This document shows positions 61,234 through 64,000 of a DNA stretch of 64,000 bases, piece after piece. The notes under the pieces were generated by a model that was given only the letters and a program-made list of their open reading frames with translations, was not told the DNA's origin and made no database searches. This DNA comes from an uncultured Spirochaetota bacterium (GTDB lineage: Bacteria > Spirochaetota > Spirochaetia > SZUA-6 > Fen-1364): the NCBI GenBank assembly GCA_963745235.1, contig CAVUXE010000037.1:96001-160000 (forward strand). The letters are read 5' to 3'. Position 1 is the stretch's first letter. Each line of letters starts with the position of its first letter. The position numbers and the translations under genes were made by a program.

Positions 61234-62756
61234 CTAATAGTAGTGCACTTCCTTGAACGTGCTGAGCGGCTCTCCGGTTGCCATGTGGAGGATCTTCTCC
61301 TGCGTGGCCTCCGCCCGGCTGATCTCTCCGACCTTCCGCCCTTCGTGCATGACCATGATCCTGTCCGACATGGCCAGGATCTCCGGCATCTCGGATGAGA
61401 TGAGGATGATTGCCTTCCCCTCCCTGGCAAGGTTGGACATGATCTTGTAGATCTCGCTCTTTGTGGCCACATCGATGCCCCGGGTTGGCTCATCCATGAT
61501 CAGGAGGGCCGGCACCGTGGCGAGCCAGCGCGACACGAGGACCTTCTGCTGGTTGCCGCCGCTCAGGAACATCACCAGCTGGTCCAGGCTGGGAGTCTTG
61601 ATCCGCAGCGACCCGACGGCGTCGTCGCAGAGCTTGCGAAGCGCGCGATGCTTGAGAAACAGGGCTGCTCAGGTTGTTGCGCAGGCTGGGCATGATGATG
61701 TTGTCCCGCACGGAAAGGTTCAGGTACAGCCCGCTCCTCTTCCTGTCCTCCGTCAGGAACGCCATCCCGTGCCGGATGGCGTCGAAGGGGGTGTCGATGC
61801 TCACCTGCTTCCCGCGGATCCTGATCGTCCCCGCCTGCCGGGGCGAGACGCCGAAGACTGACTCCATGACCTCGGTCCTTCCCGCGCCGATCAGGCCGGC
61901 CACCCCGAGGATCTCTCCTTCTCTCACGGAAAAGCTGATGTCGTGGAAGTAGCCGCGCCGGGTGAGCCCCTCCACCTCGAGGACCGGCTTGCCGACCTCC
62001 GCCTTTTCCTTCTGGAAGAACTGGTCGATGGTGCGGCCCACCATCATCTTGATGAGCTTTTCGCGGGTGAGGTTGACGCTGTCCTCATGACCCACGAACT
62101 CCCCGTCGCGGTAGACGCTTACCTCGTCGGTGATCGCGAACACCTCATCCATCTTGTGCGTGATGTAGATGACCGCCACGCCGCGGCTCTTCAGGTCCTT
62201 GATGATGGTGAACAGGTGTCCTACTTCTTTTTCCGTCAGGGCGGAGGTGGGCTCATCCATGATGATGAGATCCGCCTTCCGGGAGACCGCCTCCGCGATC
62301 TCCACCAGCTGCATCTGGGCAACGCTCAGCCTGCCCATGATCTGGCGCGGCTTGAGATTGATCTTCAGCTCTTTCAGGATCTCTTCCGAGGCCTTGTCGA
62401 TGGCCCGGTGATCGATCAGCCCCAGGCGGTTCTTCATCTCCCGGCCCAGGAAGATGTTCTGCGCCACGGTCATGTACGGGAGCGGGCTCATCTCCTGGTG
62501 GATCATGGAGATGCCCTTGGTGAGGGAATCATGGACGCTCTCAAAGGTCGACCGGCCGCCCGCGCAGCGTGATGGTGCCCGAGTCCGGCCTGTACAAGCC
62601 GATGGCAACCTTCATGAGGGTGGACTTGCCCGCCCCGTTTTCGCCCATGACGCCGTGCACCGTGCCCGGGCGGACATGGAGCTGCACTCCGTTCAGGGCG
62701 TGCACGCCGGGGAAACTTTTGTGGATGCCTTCCATCTCCAGGATGAACTCGCTCAC
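61234..62756 (-). CDS. Sugar ABC ATPase (RbsA/MglA-like); multiple frameshifts
   Basis: [53 protein letters not shown] spread over three ORFs. Confidence 0.87.
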
Positions 62757-62787
62757 GGCGTGCCCGCTCCTTGTCCAGGAAGTCGCG

Positions 62788-62824
62788 AAAGAAAACCAGG
62801 GGCCGGGCTTCCGCCCGACCCCTG
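62788..62824 (-). terminator. Hairpin plus U-rich tract after the binding-protein gene
   Basis: Minus strand CAGGGGTCGGGC-GGAA-GCCCGGCCCCTG-GTTTTCTTT. Confidence 0.75.
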
Positions 62825-62836
62825 CCGCAGTCTGCC

Positions 62837-63765
62837 CTACTTCATGTACTTCTTGTAGTTGTCGTACGTCACTGGCTCGAACGGGATCGCCGTGAAGACC
62901 GGGACGTTTTGCGTGATTGATCAGCTTCAACGCCGTCTGGACGGCGCCGCGGCCCTGTGCTCCGCCGTTCTGGAACACGGTCATGTCCAGTCTCTTGTCC
63001 GCGATGAACTTCAAGCGCGTCCGAGGTGGCGTCAACGCCCGTGACAACCACCTTGTTCTTCATGCCCTTCTCTTCGAGGACCAGCACCGCGCCGAGGGCC
63101 ATCTCGTCATTGTTGCGCGATGATGGCGTCGATCTTCACGTCGCCGGCCAGCCAGTTCTCTACCACGGTGACTGCGTCAGGCCGCTGGAAGTTCGCGGTC
63201 TGCTCCCGCACGACCTTCATGCCGGGGTACTTCGCAAGCACGTCCTTGCTGCCCTGCGTGCGGCCGATCTGCGGCGCGCTTCCCATGGTTCCCATCAGGA
63301 TGGCGACATTTCCCTTGCCGTCGCAGCTTCTTGGCCACGAACTCGCCTTCCAGGTTGCCTGCCACCACCTCGGGGGAAGCGACGGCGACGGCCTTTCCGG
63401 GAACGAGGGCCGAATCATCCGGCTTGCGGTTGAAATACACCAGGGGGATGTTCGCTGCCAGGCATTCCTTGGTGATGGTTGGCGCAAGGGTCTGGTCAAT
63501 GACGTGGATGAGAATGGCATCCACACCCTGCGTGATGAAGTTCTCAACCTGCTTGAGCTGCTCGTTCGGGTCCCGTTTCCCGTCGGCTGCGACGACGTCG
63601 ACGTTGTCTCTTCGTCGCCTCGGCGGTCAGCTGGTCGAGCGCATAGCGCATGAACACGTCATTGAAGTCTTCGATGGTGACGCCCATCTTCAACTTCGGG
63701 GCGGCCGTCGCGATGAGCGGCGCTGCCATCAGAGCCACCAGCGCAAACACAAGGATCTTCCGCAT
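62837..63765 (-). CDS. Sugar ABC substrate-binding protein (RbsB-like, probably inositol); multiple frameshifts
   Basis: AGGAGG then [12 protein letters not shown]; fragments [36 protein letters not shown] in different frames. Confidence 0.82.
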
Positions 63766-63789
63766 ACGCACCTCCTTGAGAGATTTTTC

Positions 63790-63814
63790 GCGTTTGCAAT
63801 GCAAACGCTTGCAT
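63790..63814. promoter_or_regulatory. LacI/cre-like operator(s)
   Basis: ATGCAAACGCTTGCAT (63799-63814) overlapping the inverted repeat GCGTTTGCA-A-TGCAAACGC (63790-63808). Confidence 0.65.
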
Positions 63815-63906
63815 AATGGGGCTTTAAAAAGCGGAAATACTTCCGCATGGTGAACCAATAATAAAACCGTTCCCATAGACAGTTGTCAAGCAAAAACTGG
63901 AGCCAC

Positions 63907-64000
63907 TTATCCGGATTCGGGATCATCTGGTCCCGGATCAGCACCACCAGGTCGTCGACTGCCTTGCAGAACTGCCGCAGGGTCCTGCGGGTCGCCCCGT
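63907..64000 (-). CDS. C-terminal fragment of a second transaldolase-family paralog (start outside window)
   Basis: Translates GATRRTLRQFCKAVDDLVVLIRDQMIPNPDK, aligning with GASVRTLRQFCKATEDLAALMRDAMLP of 58203-59288. Exact stop unclear. Confidence 0.75.
   Translation of the reverse strand, partial: RGDPQDPAAVLQGSRRPGGADPGPDDPESG

Noticed and set aside
1-64000. Defence systems, prophage, integrase/transposase, tRNA/rRNA, known riboswitches
   Set aside because: No supporting motifs were seen by eye; a covariance-model scan would be needed to exclude small RNAs fully.

Overview
GC-rich, gene-dense bacterial chromosome segment with no rRNA, tRNA, CRISPR array, phage or transposase recognisable. 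It is from a diderm (TolC systems). The many sugar ABC systems and an 'AFAAGAREG' binding-protein leader suggest Spirochaetia, but this is inference. Left to right: kdpD (partial) and kdpE; an operon of an SMR pair, ferritin-VIT1, XRE-cupin regulator and acyl-CoA synthetase; TetR-TolC-RND-MFP efflux; PPi-type phosphofructokinase; two paralogous polyol ABC importers flanking a NarL-type two-component system (shared 43-bp promoter box plus an 84-bp GTAC-rich tandem repeat); an ABC exporter; aldo/keto reductase and DinB protein; a heptose adenylyltransferase with a degenerate GmhB-like N-terminus; a secreted PEBP protein; a LacI-controlled alpha-xylosidase/ABC locus; DtxR-family regulator and FTR1 iron permease; livKHMGF; an ECF sigma / zinc anti-sigma-CBM48 / secreted helical protein trio; MarR-MFS-2xMFP-TolC; a SET-domain protein; a C45 Ntn-hydrolase lipoprotein; cyoE coupled to a CinA-like/nucleotidyltransferase-like protein; and part of an inositol cluster (iolB, iolA, two atypical transaldolase-family genes, an IolI-like isomerase, a sugar ABC transporter). 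About 15 genes carry single-base frameshifts, most likely read errors. The best leads are the putative alpha-glucan-sensing ECF system, the non-canonical transaldolase as a possible IolJ substitute, the CinA/NadD-like protein coupled to cyoE, and the GTAC operator/repeat architecture. All family assignments are by eye from motifs; no database search was run.
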